64,000 bases of DNA from an uncultured Planctomycetota bacterium. Its GTDB lineage: Bacteria > Planctomycetota > Planctomycetia > Isosphaerales > Isosphaeraceae. The notes beneath the pieces are model-generated. The model made no database searches, was not told where the DNA came from, and saw only the letters and a program-made list of their open reading frames with translations. Below are positions 1 to 8,490 of the stretch, in pieces. The stretch covers positions 2,120,493-2,184,492 of the forward strand of contig CAWGMQ010000008.1 in the NCBI GenBank assembly GCA_963823665.1. The letters are read 5' to 3'. The number at the start of each line of letters is the position of its first letter. The first letter of the stretch is position 1. The position numbers and the translations under genes are program-made.

Positions 1-1
1 C

Positions 2-721
2 TTCTTCAACGCGTGTTTCCTTTTGGCTCTCCTCATCTTCGGCCGCGAACTCATCAACATGGTCCCGAAAACGGTGCTGGCGGCGATCCTGGTCTTCATC
101 GGCTTCAAGCTCTGCCGACCGAAAGTCTGGGCAAAAGTCGCGCACATCGGGATGGAGCAGTTGCTCGTCTTCGCCGTCACCGTTCTGGTCACCGTTTCGA
201 CCGACCTGCTCATCGGCATCTTCGCCGGCATCGCCATGGAACTGGTGATCCGCATGTGGTACCTGGGCCTGTGGAGCAGCCTGCGGGATGATGATTCAAC
301 GGCGCCCGTCGACGCGCGTCTGCGCACCCGCTTCGTGAGCCTCTTTCGCAATCCAGTGACCCGGCGGGAACTCGACGGCGACAAATGCCACCTGTTCGTG
401 AACGGCCCTCTCGTCTGTTTCAACATCTTCCACATGATTCGCGAGCTGAGAAACCGGCCGCCCACCTCGCGGGAGATCTGCCTGCACCTGAGCCCGGCCG
501 TGCCCCTCATCGATCACACGACATTCGAGTATCTCCGGTACTTGGAGGATGATCTCAATTCTCGCAGCGATCGGCCCAAACTGCAGATCGACGGATGGGA
601 CCATCTGCGACCGCTGACCAAGCACGAGACCAGCACTCGGGTCGCCCTGATATCCACTGCAACCCTCTACGAGACCGCTCGAACGGAGGAGGAGCTCCGC
701 GAAATTCAGGGCACGGACTGA
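2..721 (+). CDS. SulP/SLC26-family anion transporter, 3' part (5' end outside window), with STAS-like C-terminal domain
   Basis: Frame is open from base 2 (FFNACFLLALLIFGRELINMVPKTVLAAILVFIGFKL...). The motifs 'INxVPxxVLAAILxFIGFKL' and 'TDLLIGIFAG' are typical of the last SulP TM helices. A soluble STAS-like tail follows (LFVNGPLVCFN...LIDHT). Confidence 0.8.
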   Translation, partial: FFNACFLLALLIFGRELINMVPKTVLAAILVFIGFKLCRPKVWAKVAHIGMEQLLVFAVTVLVTVSTDLLIGIFAGIAMELVIRMWYLGLWSSLRDDDSTAPVDARLRTRFVSLFRNPVTRRELDGDKCHLFVNGPLVCFNIFHMIRELRNRPPTSREICLHLSPAVPLIDHTTFEYLRYLEDDLNSRSDRPKLQIDGWDHLRPLTKHETSTRVALISTATLYETARTEEELREIQGTD

Positions 722-781
722 CGGCTCTACGCTCATCCTGATAATCTAATTGGTTGCTCTTCAACCGGTTCGCGCAAATCC

Positions 782-811
782 TGAAACCGCTGCACCGCAG
801 TCGGGGTAATA
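782..811 (+). promoter_or_regulatory. Possible ECF-sigma (SigW-like) autoregulatory promoter
   Basis: TGAAAC at 782-787, a 16-17 bp spacer, then GGGTAA, just upstream of ATG 817 of the ECF gene. This resembles the AAC/GTA pattern of ECF promoters. Inference only. Confidence 0.3.
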
Positions 812-816
812 CCACG

Positions 817-1413
817 ATGACCGGCCTGATGGCGGCAGCCGGCAGGGCGGCCAAAGATAGCAGCGAGATACCGATGGATGACGTGGCGCTGGTCGAAGCG
901 CTCCGGTCGGGTGACCAGCAGGCGCCGCGCCTGTTGATCGAGCGATACCAGGGGGTTATATACGGCCTGTGCTACCGCATGTTAAATCACCAGCAGGATG
1001 CGGAAGACGTGGTGCAGGAGACGTTTATTCGCGCGCTTCGGGCAATGGCGGGGTTCGATTCCGCCCGGCCAATCGTTCCTTGGCTGCTCGAAATCGCCGC
1101 CAACCGTTGCCGTACGGCCCTCGCACGGCGCGCCCGCAAGCCGATGCTCGCGCTGGCCGAGCACGCCGACAGCCTTGCCGATCCACGCGGCGGGCAGACA
1201 GACCCAGATGATCTCGCGGGCGAGCTTGCGCGGGCGCTGGACGGCCTGCGGCCTGAATACCGGTTGGTGTTCATTCTGTACCACTCGCAGCACCTATCCT
1301 ATGACGAGATCGCACTGGTCGTTACCCGGCCAATCGGCACCGTGAAAACCTGGCTGCATCGCGCACGGGCCCAGTTAGCCGAAGAGCTTGTGAGACGCGG
1401 GATAACAATATGA
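817..1413 (+). CDS. ECF RNA polymerase sigma-70 factor (SigW/SigE-like)
   Basis: Region 2 'DAEDVVQETFIRA...WLLEIAANRC' and region 4 'LSYDEIALVVTRPIGTVKTWLHRAR'. The start could be ATG 817 or ATG 874. Confidence 0.92.
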   Translation: MTGLMAAAGRAAKDSSEIPMDDVALVEALRSGDQQAPRLLIERYQGVIYGLCYRMLNHQQDAEDVVQETFIRALRAMAGFDSARPIVPWLLEIAANRCRTALARRARKPMLALAEHADSLADPRGGQTDPDDLAGELARALDGLRPEYRLVFILYHSQHLSYDEIALVVTRPIGTVKTWLHRARAQLAEELVRRGITI

Positions 1414-2216
1414 ACTGTCGGGATTTTGAGCGGCTCTGGAACGAATTGATCGACGCAAGTTCACGGTCGCCGGGCGACGATCACTCCTGCGTGGATACCG
1501 AGCGCAGACCGCGCTCTTCCAGCATGCGGCCACTTGCCCCGCCTGTCGCCGTTCGGCCGCCGGCTATCAGGCCCTGCAGCGGGCCATTCTTGCGTGGGGA
1601 AAAGCCCCCGAGCCGTCGCATGGGCTCACCGATCGAATCCTCGCGGCAGTCGACGCACCGCCCCGAGCCTCCCGTCTGACCGCGCGCATTGTCGCGCCAG
1701 GCCATTCTCAATCGATGGCCGATCGCGGCCGCGGCGTCGATCGTGGCACTTCTGGCTTTAGGAATCATCATTTCGAGAGTCAATGTCAACCTCGCGCGAG
1801 ACCGCGGTCGCCTGGTTGAGAGCGAACCTCTCCCCGCCTCGAACGCCGGAGGTAACCCATCCGAGAGTCCCAGATTGAACGAGGCCCTCGCGAGCGCAAG
1901 CGAGGCCACGTGGGACCTCGCACGCTCGGCGTCCGAGCCAGCCGCCAGGCTGAGCCGGCAATTCCTCGACGTCGCCGGCGAGCTCGACAGCCCACGCGAG
2001 TCAAGCAACTCGGCCGCGGTATCCGTCCCCTCGCTCGACTCGTTCGCACCCGACTCGGCTTCCGCGGTGGAAACAATTCAACAGGTCGGTGATCGCCTGG
2101 CCAGCGGTGTTCGACCGCTCTCGTCGTCGGCCCGCCAGGCCTTCGGCTTCCTGCTCGGCCCGCCCCCTCCGAAACCCGACATTCGTGCCAATCCACCCGC
2201 CGCGAGGGGAGCCTGA
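1410..2216 (+). CDS. Zinc-binding (zf-HC2/ZAS) transmembrane anti-sigma factor, split by two frameshifts (~1505 and ~1680)
   Basis: ATGA overlap with the sigma gene and MNCRDFERLW start. From 1511 a different frame reads ALFQHAATCPACRRSAAGYQAL (HxxxCxxC). The original frame then resumes with a TM helix (WPIAAAASIVALLALGIII). Confidence 0.8.
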
Positions 2217-4528
2217 TGCAATCACGATTCGCAACGTGCGCCGCTGCCACCAACTTGCATCGCCTGAATGGTTCGCGCTTCAGGAAGGGCGAGGCCTGGC
2301 TGTTGAAAACTTGCGATCGACGAAGCGGCGAGTTCCCGCCGTGTGCGTTGCGCAAAGCTTCCCCCCCTTCAGAAGGGGGGGCCAGGGGTGGGATGTTGGA
2401 ACCTCGTAGTATGCGGACCGGAGATTTCCCGGCGCGAATGTTGCGCCAAATTTCCCCCCCTTTGGAAGGGGGGGCCAGGGGGGGTGCATTCCAGCGGCCG
2501 CCATCACAAAACCGTCGCGCAACAGAAAACGCCGAGTCGTGCACCTCGAAGTTCGCCAATACGGCCCGCTTTTCACCAGACCGCTCTGGCCCTTCCCAGC
2601 ACCGCCGCGCCACGCGGTCGTGCCGCGTGCTTGCCCTCTGCGGCATGCTGCTAGCTACCGCGCTGCCAGCAGCCGCTCAGGACCCTGCCAGCACGGCCAA
2701 GGTCGACGCTCTGCTCCGCCTGGTTCCTTCGGACGCGGCCGTCGTTCTTACAGTCGAAGGCCTTCGCGAACAGCTTCATGCCTTCACGTCCTCTCGCTTG
2801 TTCGCCGGCTTGAAGCAGCTTCCCACGGTGAAAACCTGGATCGAATCCGAAAAGGCGCAGCAGCTCAGGCGCTCACGTGACCAGATCGAGACGGTGCTCG
2901 GTATCAAACTCAAGAACATCTGCGACGACCTGATCGGTGACGCCGTCATCCTGGCCCTTCGGCTTCCCCCGGAGGCACCGGCTGATTCGAGTCAGGCCCG
3001 CGGCCTTTTGCTCTTCCAGGCGAGAAATCGGGCTCTGCTCGAGCGGTTGATCGAGGCAGTCAACGACAAGCAGCAAACTGGCGGCGAGCTGGCCCGCGTG
3101 GTCGCGCGGGACCATCGCGGAACCGCCTACCACATGCGCGAATTTCCTCCGGCGGCTTCACGGCCGTCCGAATGGTACGTCACCTATCCCGACGGAACGT
3201 TCGCGTTCTCCAACTCCGAATCCTTGATCCAGTCGGTGATCGACCGCAAGGATCGAAATCCGGCGCGAGGCACCACGGCACCCCCGCGCGACGCAGGCAA
3301 CCCGGGTGCCACCCTCGACGGGGGTTTGAACGCTCTGCCGCGTTTCCAGGCCGTCAAGCGCCGCCAGAACGCGAAAGCCCTGGCTCGCCTGTTCATCGAA
3401 CCACGGCAGGTCGAACGGCTCATCGCCGCATCGCCGCGATCCGGGAAAGCCTCCGATGCCAGAATCATGGAAATGCTCGAGCGTTATCTGAAAGCTGTCG
3501 AATACGCAGGAGCAACGCTTGAGTGGAGCGACGCCGGAATCGTCCTCCACACTGTCGAAACCCTCGATCGTTCCAAGCTCGAGCCCTGGCTCGTGCGATG
3601 GGCGGGCGATCAAGCTCAAGTTGATCCCACACTGGCCCGCGTGCCTGCCACCGCGATCGCTCTGGCCTCGGGCCATCTCGACCCCCCCGCCTTCTACGAG
3701 GCACTTTGCCAGATCGTCCCCGAGCAAGACCGAACCAAGCTCACGAACCTGGAAACCCTCTTTGGCGGCCTTCTGCTCGGTCAAGATCTGCGCACGCGAA
3801 TCCTGCCGCAGCTCGGACCGGGCGTGATCGCGTATCTGGAGTCGCCCCCGGACGAACCCTCGAACGCCGGTGTGAGCGCGGCGATAGCGCCCGAACCAGC
3901 TTCATCGTCCAGCGTCTTCGCCGGCGTGCTCGTGACAAGTCTGCGAAAAGGCAACGGTGCACCCCCCGAAGCTGAGCCATCCGCGAGCCGGGTTACAGCC
4001 GCCGCGGCAATCGAAAACGCCCTGCACACCGTGCTCGCCCTCGCGGCGCTCGATGAAAAACGGAACAACGGCCGGTCGCAGATCATCACCCGCCCCGTAG
4101 CCGACGCGAACGTGACGGCGCTGAGCTCGTCCACCCCGTTTGCATACGCGCTTGACGACGCTGGTTCGCGCTTGATCCTGAGCACGTCTCCCGAAGCCGC
4201 TGCGCGCTACCTGGAAACCGCCTCGAAACGCGAGGCCGGAGCACGGTTTCGCCAGTTTCGGGCCAGAGCGTTTCCCGACGCCCTGACTTTCCTGTGCGTC
4301 GATCTGAGCGCCCTCTCAACCCTCGCCGGCCGCCGTCACGACCAGCTTGTCGAGCTTCTGGCAACCCGCAAGAACCGGCCCGCCGCGGACGTGGAGCGAG
4401 ACCTCGCCCAGGTCGTGGCCTTGGCCAGATTGTTCGATGCCGCCTTCCTGACAAGCCGCTTTGAGCCCGAAGCCGCCGCCGTGCACCGGCGGGCCGGGCT
4501 CATCATTCTCGATCCGGGCGGAAAATGA
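2216..4528 (+). CDS. Large exported hypothetical protein (DUF3352-like architecture), third gene of the ECF operon
   Basis: 770-aa ORF with TGATG coupling to the anti-sigma stop. A signal-peptide-like stretch VLALCGMLLATALPAAA|QD lies at ~2627-2685. The true start is uncertain (2216 or ~2627). Confidence 0.7.
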   Translation: MQSRFATCAAATNLHRLNGSRFRKGEAWLLKTCDRRSGEFPPCALRKASPPSEGGARGGMLEPRSMRTGDFPARMLRQISPPLEGGARGGAFQRPPSQNRRATENAESCTSKFANTARFSPDRSGPSQHRRATRSCRVLALCGMLLATALPAAAQDPASTAKVDALLRLVPSDAAVVLTVEGLREQLHAFTSSRLFAGLKQLPTVKTWIESEKAQQLRRSRDQIETVLGIKLKNICDDLIGDAVILALRLPPEAPADSSQARGLLLFQARNRALLERLIEAVNDKQQTGGELARVVARDHRGTAYHMREFPPAASRPSEWYVTYPDGTFAFSNSESLIQSVIDRKDRNPARGTTAPPRDAGNPGATLDGGLNALPRFQAVKRRQNAKALARLFIEPRQVERLIAASPRSGKASDARIMEMLERYLKAVEYAGATLEWSDAGIVLHTVETLDRSKLEPWLVRWAGDQAQVDPTLARVPATAIALASGHLDPPAFYEALCQIVPEQDRTKLTNLETLFGGLLLGQDLRTRILPQLGPGVIAYLESPPDEPSNAGVSAAIAPEPASSSSVFAGVLVTSLRKGNGAPPEAEPSASRVTAAAAIENALHTVLALAALDEKRNNGRSQIITRPVADANVTALSSSTPFAYALDDAGSRLILSTSPEAAARYLETASKREAGARFRQFRARAFPDALTFLCVDLSALSTLAGRRHDQLVELLATRKNRPAADVERDLAQVVALARLFDAAFLTSRFEPEAAAVHRRAGLIILDPGGK
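2330..2484. repeat. Two tandem ~93-bp units, each with a REP-like hairpin CCCCCCCTT-N2-3-AAGGGGGGG-CCAGGGG
   Basis: TTCCCCCCCTTCAGAAGGGGGGGCCAGGGGTGGG (2359-2392) and TTTCCCCCCCTTTGGAAGGGGGGGCCAGGGGGGG (2451-2484), with similar preceding sequence. The same family recurs at 62530-62692. Confidence 0.9.
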
Positions 4529-4638
4529 GTCCTGCGACCGGGTACTGTCGCACTCACTCAAGGGATGTAAAGGACCAGATCGCCGTTGAGAACCGGGGTT
4601 TTCGACCGCAATCGGGCTTTGAGCTCCTCGATCGTCGT

Positions 4639-5010
4639 TCAGAGGACGTAGGTTACGATGTCGACCCATGAACTACGTCGGTTGTCGAGCACGACCAGCT
4701 CAAGCCACGAAAGAACGACCGCTACCGTGGCGCTCGGCCGGATAACGAACACGCCCGGGGAAGTTCGACCGAGACGAAGATGTGCGGCCAGCTCTGCAGG
4801 AAAAGTCGCCATGTCTTCCGTGAGTATGATTCGATCAACGCGCTCCGCCCAGATGAGGATGTCCGCATCGATGGAGCCGAGAGGTAGATCACCCGGGTCG
4901 CCAACCCGAGTTGCATCGATCGGTGGCCGTCCGGCAAGGTTATAGTGACGGATCACCGGCCAGAGCGGTTTTCCGCGCAGCTTCTCGTCGAGCACGAAGG
5001 CGATGGCCAT
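4639..5010 (-). CDS. DUF5615 PIN-like toxin (VapC45-like)
   Basis: 'FVLDE', 'DADILIWAERVDRIILTEDMATF' and 'SPGVFVI' match the DUF5615 PIN-like pattern. It lies directly downstream of a DUF433 gene. Confidence 0.82.
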   Translation of the reverse strand: MAIAFVLDEKLRGKPLWPVIRHYNLAGRPPIDATRVGDPGDLPLGSIDADILIWAERVDRIILTEDMATFPAELAAHLRLGRTSPGVFVIRPSATVAVVLSWLELVVLDNRRSSWVDIVTYVL

Positions 5011-5013
5011 CGG

Positions 5014-5370
5014 TCAGGATTCCGGCTGCGATGCCGGGGCCTTTCGATCCGCGACGAGCCGCCCGATTCGCAACGCGGCCGGGCTGGGTTGATAAGCCGC
5101 GTACTGCCGGTCGAGCTCAGCTTGATAGTCGGCTACGTAAGGATCGACCAGAGCGCGGTTTTGGTCGGCAAAAGCCAGCACTTCGGCTATCAGATCCGGC
5201 GCCAGCTCGAAGTTCGTGGCGATCGTCGCCGGCGACTCGCCAAGTCCACGGTGGGCTTTCACGATATGGAAAAGCCCGATCCGCCGGCCCGACACACGCA
5301 CCTCACCATCCGGGCTCCAGTGCAGGCAGGACGGAAGCGCGCGGATCAATGCCTCAGGCCGGTTCATCAT
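5014..5370 (-). CDS. DUF433-domain antitoxin (VapB45-like)
   Basis: 'GEVRVSGRRIGLFHIV...GESPATIATNFELAPDLIAEVLAF' is the DUF433 HTH pattern. There is a 3-bp gap to the PIN gene. Confidence 0.82.
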   Translation of the reverse strand: MMNRPEALIRALPSCLHWSPDGEVRVSGRRIGLFHIVKAHRGLGESPATIATNFELAPDLIAEVLAFADQNRALVDPYVADYQAELDRQYAAYQPSPAALRIGRLVADRKAPASQPES

Positions 5371-5562
5371 TGGTTCCTCATGGAATCGCTTCTCGCGAGG
5401 AGGCCAGTTGTTGAGAACTTGCGAAGATTCATGGCGCTACTCGAACCTCGTGCACTCTCTATATGCCAGTCTACGCAAAGCGACAAGTCTCTGTCAGTGG
5501 CGTGTCGGGAGATGAGCAAAAGGCTCCGATGAACCTTAACCCTTCAGCGGTGTTCGCCACCC

Positions 5563-6681
5563 TCACCCCGGCGGCGGTGTATCCGGCTGAATCGTGCTGT
5601 TGACCGTTCCATACGCGATGTCGACTCCGCTGATACTTCCCCCTGCGCGGATGTTGGCGTTGATCAGACTGTTCTGGGCCGTATTTCCTCCCAGGATGCT
5701 GAGCCCATTGATGGTCAGCCCGACCCCCAGGTCGAAGAACGTTGGCGCAGCCGTGCCGCCCTGTCCTTGAAAGAGACCCTCGACGACCATGTCGCCCAGC
5801 ACTCCGTTCACGACAATGCCGCTGCCGCTGGGATCGACAATCACGTTGCCGTTCACGGTCAGGTCGCTAAGATTGCGGCCAACCATGAGCTGGCCACCGG
5901 AATCAAGCTCCAGGTTACCATTGACCGTGAGCGAATCGTCGAGGTCTCGGCCTACCGAAAAGAGACCGTCGTGACTGATGGTCATGTTGTCCAGAATCGA
6001 GATCGGCGCCAACGAATCCTGACCGATCACGAACCGCCCACCATCGAGGTCCAGACTGCCGATCGTCATCACGCCGATCAGCGAGGCCGTGCTGGTCGAA
6101 CCTGTGGGTAGAGCGGTGTTCAGCCCTCCCGAAATCGAGACCAGGCCCGTGGGACCGAGATTGATCGTCGAAACTGCCATCACGCCTACGCTGCCGTCAA
6201 CCTCCACATGCGCTCGGGGCCCGAGCTCGCCGAGCGTGAGAGTTTCCATCGTGTTCATGAGCGGAGTCATGGTCCCCGTCAGTTTCGCTGCGGAGGCATC
6301 CAATCCGCCGAGCTGATCAGACGTGACAGTCAGCTTGTCGATCGAAAGAAGCTGACTGGGGAAGTGGTAGCGCGGGCGCACCTGGCTGACACTGAGGGTG
6401 GTATCCGCGTTCGTCCCGAATGCCGTCAAATCAATCGCACCCTTGCCCGCGGGATGCACCTTGAAGACGCCCGGACCCTCTACCTGGATCCGAAACACCC
6501 CGCCGCTGGACAAGATGTTCCGGACCGCCGACGGCCCGGTATAAACCGAGAGCAGTGCCCGCCCCTCGAGAGTTTCAATCGCGGGGGTGATCCTCGATCG
6601 CCGCCGCTGCGGCCGAGCCCGCCCGAGGCGATGAATCGCGACCGTCGCGCCAAGTGCACTTCGCTTCGCCCACGGAAACAT
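5563..6681 (-). CDS. Planctomycete extracellular (LEPR-XLL motif) Gly-rich beta-solenoid-like protein
   Basis: 'RRRRSRITPAIETLEGRALLS' N-terminal motif and Gly/Val/Asn/Thr-rich repeats (LTVNGNL..., VGRNL, VGRDL). A GAGGAGG RBS precedes ATG 6681. Confidence 0.8.
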   Translation of the reverse strand: MFPWAKRSALGATVAIHRLGRARPQRRRSRITPAIETLEGRALLSVYTGPSAVRNILSSGGVFRIQVEGPGVFKVHPAGKGAIDLTAFGTNADTTLSVSQVRPRYHFPSQLLSIDKLTVTSDQLGGLDASAAKLTGTMTPLMNTMETLTLGELGPRAHVEVDGSVGVMAVSTINLGPTGLVSISGGLNTALPTGSTSTASLIGVMTIGSLDLDGGRFVIGQDSLAPISILDNMTISHDGLFSVGRDLDDSLTVNGNLELDSGGQLMVGRNLSDLTVNGNVIVDPSGSGIVVNGVLGDMVVEGLFQGQGGTAAPTFFDLGVGLTINGLSILGGNTAQNSLINANIRAGGSISGVDIAYGTVNSTIQPDTPPPG

Positions 6682-7090
6682 GCAGCCCGCTCCCTCCTCG
6701 GCACGCAATCCGGCATTTCCTTGAACCGACGGCGCCGTTTGCGTAACCCGCAAAGTCGAGCAATCCGGACGATTCCGTCCTTTGCCGGGTTTGCGGGCGA
6801 TCTCCTCGTCTTCATTCAATTCGGTCACCGAGGCGCTCCGACTTTTCAGTTGACGCGAAAGTCTTTGGTTCCGATGCCAGGATCAAGGGGAAGAATCTCC
6901 TGGCCTGGCGAGGCTTCCGACGGTATCTTAAACGGTAGTGTGAGGACCCTCCGCCCTTGAGACTTGCCCGCCGGAATCTGAGCCCTCAGAGCCTCTGACC
7001 GAATCTGATCCCGGGCTCGATTTTTCGGACGGGCGCTTGCCGAGCCCGCGCGGCGCCACCGCGCGTGAAAACTCATCCGGGAGACGTTGC

Positions 7091-8467
7091 ATGCTCCAGT
7101 TGACCGGTAAAGGAAAGACCTTCACTTGCAGCGGCGTCAGCCGGCGAGATTTCCTGCAGGCCGGCACGCTCGGCGCGATCGGCTTCGGCCTGCCGCAGTG
7201 GTTCGCCGCCTGCGCCTCCGGCGCGGTCAAGCCGGAAGCCGACGACCGCGCCTGCATCATGATCTTCAACCTGGGCGCACCCAGCAACATGGACCTCTGG
7301 GACATGAAGCCCGATGCTCCCGCCGAGATCCGCGGGCCATTCAAGCCCGTGTCCACCGCCTCGACGGCGATCCAGGTTTCCGAAATCCTGCCCCGGATGG
7401 CCGCGGCCGCCGACAAGTTTTCGCTCGTGCGCTCGGTCCATCACGGCGGTGCCGCCGTCCACGACGCCGGCTGGCAGATGATGCAAACAGGCCGGCTTTT
7501 TAGCGGCGGCGTCAACACGCCGCATGTCGGCTCGGCGGTCGGTTACCTGCGCGGCCGCAAAACCGATTTGCCCCCCTTCGTGGTACTCCCCGAGTTGATG
7601 GGCCGGGGCGGCGGCAACCTGCCCAACGGCCAGGCCGGCGGCTTCCTCGGCAAGGCGCATGACCCGTTCGCGCTCAACGCCGATCCCTCCAAACCAGGCT
7701 TCCGCGTGCCCGACCTGCTCCCTCCCAAAGAAATCGGCTCGGTGCGCCTGGAACGCCGCCGCAAGATTCGCGAGCTCGTCGATGACGCGGTCGCCACCTT
7801 TGAAGCCTCCGAGAACGCCGCGCTTCTGGACGGCAACTTCCATTCGGCATTCCGGCTCATGACCAGCCGGCAAGCTCGCGAGGCATTTGACCTCTCCCAG
7901 GAGACAACCGTCACCCGCGAGCGCTACGGCATGACTCGGCTCGGCCAGTGCTGCCTGCTCGCTCGCCGGCTGATCGAGGGTGGCGTGCGCTTTGTCACGA
8001 TCAACGCGTTCCTCACCGTGTTCGACGAGATCACGTGGGATATACACGGCTCAAAACCCTTCACCTCGATCGAGGGCATGCGCGACATCGTCTGCCCGAT
8101 GTACGACCAGGCCTACACCGCGCTCCTGGAAGACCTCTCGCAACGGGGCATGCTTGACTCGACCCTCGTGTGCAACCTGGCCGAATTCGGCCGCACGCCG
8201 CGGGTCAACCCCGCGGGCGGGCGCGACCACTGGCCGCTCTGCTACACCGTGGCGTTCGCCGGCGGCGGCGTCAAAGGAGGCAGGGTTGTCGGCGCCAGCG
8301 ATCCGATCGGCGCCGTGCCCGCCGATCGCCCCGTCGAGCCAGCCGATATCGCCGCCACGATCTTCCACAGCCTGGGCCTCAACCTCGAAACCAATCTCCC
8401 CGGACCGGCGGGGCGGCCGTTCCCTCTGGTCGACGCCGGACATCGCGAAATTCAAGAGCTTTTCTGA
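7091..8467 (+). CDS. DUF1501 domain-containing protein (Tat signal)
   Basis: 'SRRDFLQAG' Tat motif, 'GAPSNMDLWDMKP', 'ARRLIEGGVRFV', 'WDIH' and 'EFGRTPRVN...GRDHW'. Confidence 0.92.
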   Translation: MLQLTGKGKTFTCSGVSRRDFLQAGTLGAIGFGLPQWFAACASGAVKPEADDRACIMIFNLGAPSNMDLWDMKPDAPAEIRGPFKPVSTASTAIQVSEILPRMAAAADKFSLVRSVHHGGAAVHDAGWQMMQTGRLFSGGVNTPHVGSAVGYLRGRKTDLPPFVVLPELMGRGGGNLPNGQAGGFLGKAHDPFALNADPSKPGFRVPDLLPPKEIGSVRLERRRKIRELVDDAVATFEASENAALLDGNFHSAFRLMTSRQAREAFDLSQETTVTRERYGMTRLGQCCLLARRLIEGGVRFVTINAFLTVFDEITWDIHGSKPFTSIEGMRDIVCPMYDQAYTALLEDLSQRGMLDSTLVCNLAEFGRTPRVNPAGGRDHWPLCYTVAFAGGGVKGGRVVGASDPIGAVPADRPVEPADIAATIFHSLGLNLETNLPGPAGRPFPLVDAGHREIQELF

Positions 8468-8490
8468 ACCACGCAAGGCGAAACCCGCTT

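Noticed and set aside
4533..4552. Intrinsic terminator (TGCGAC-N8-GTCGCA) between convergent genes
   Set aside because: The stem is short with no U-tract on either strand, so it is too weak to call.
4639..4641. Selenocysteine recoding of the toxin TGA
   Set aside because: The TGA is at the normal end of the domain, is not at a Cys-equivalent position, and has no evident SECIS hairpin.
4945..5532. 195-aa plus-strand ORF
   Set aside because: It is antisense to the DUF433/DUF5615 pair and has no recognisable features.
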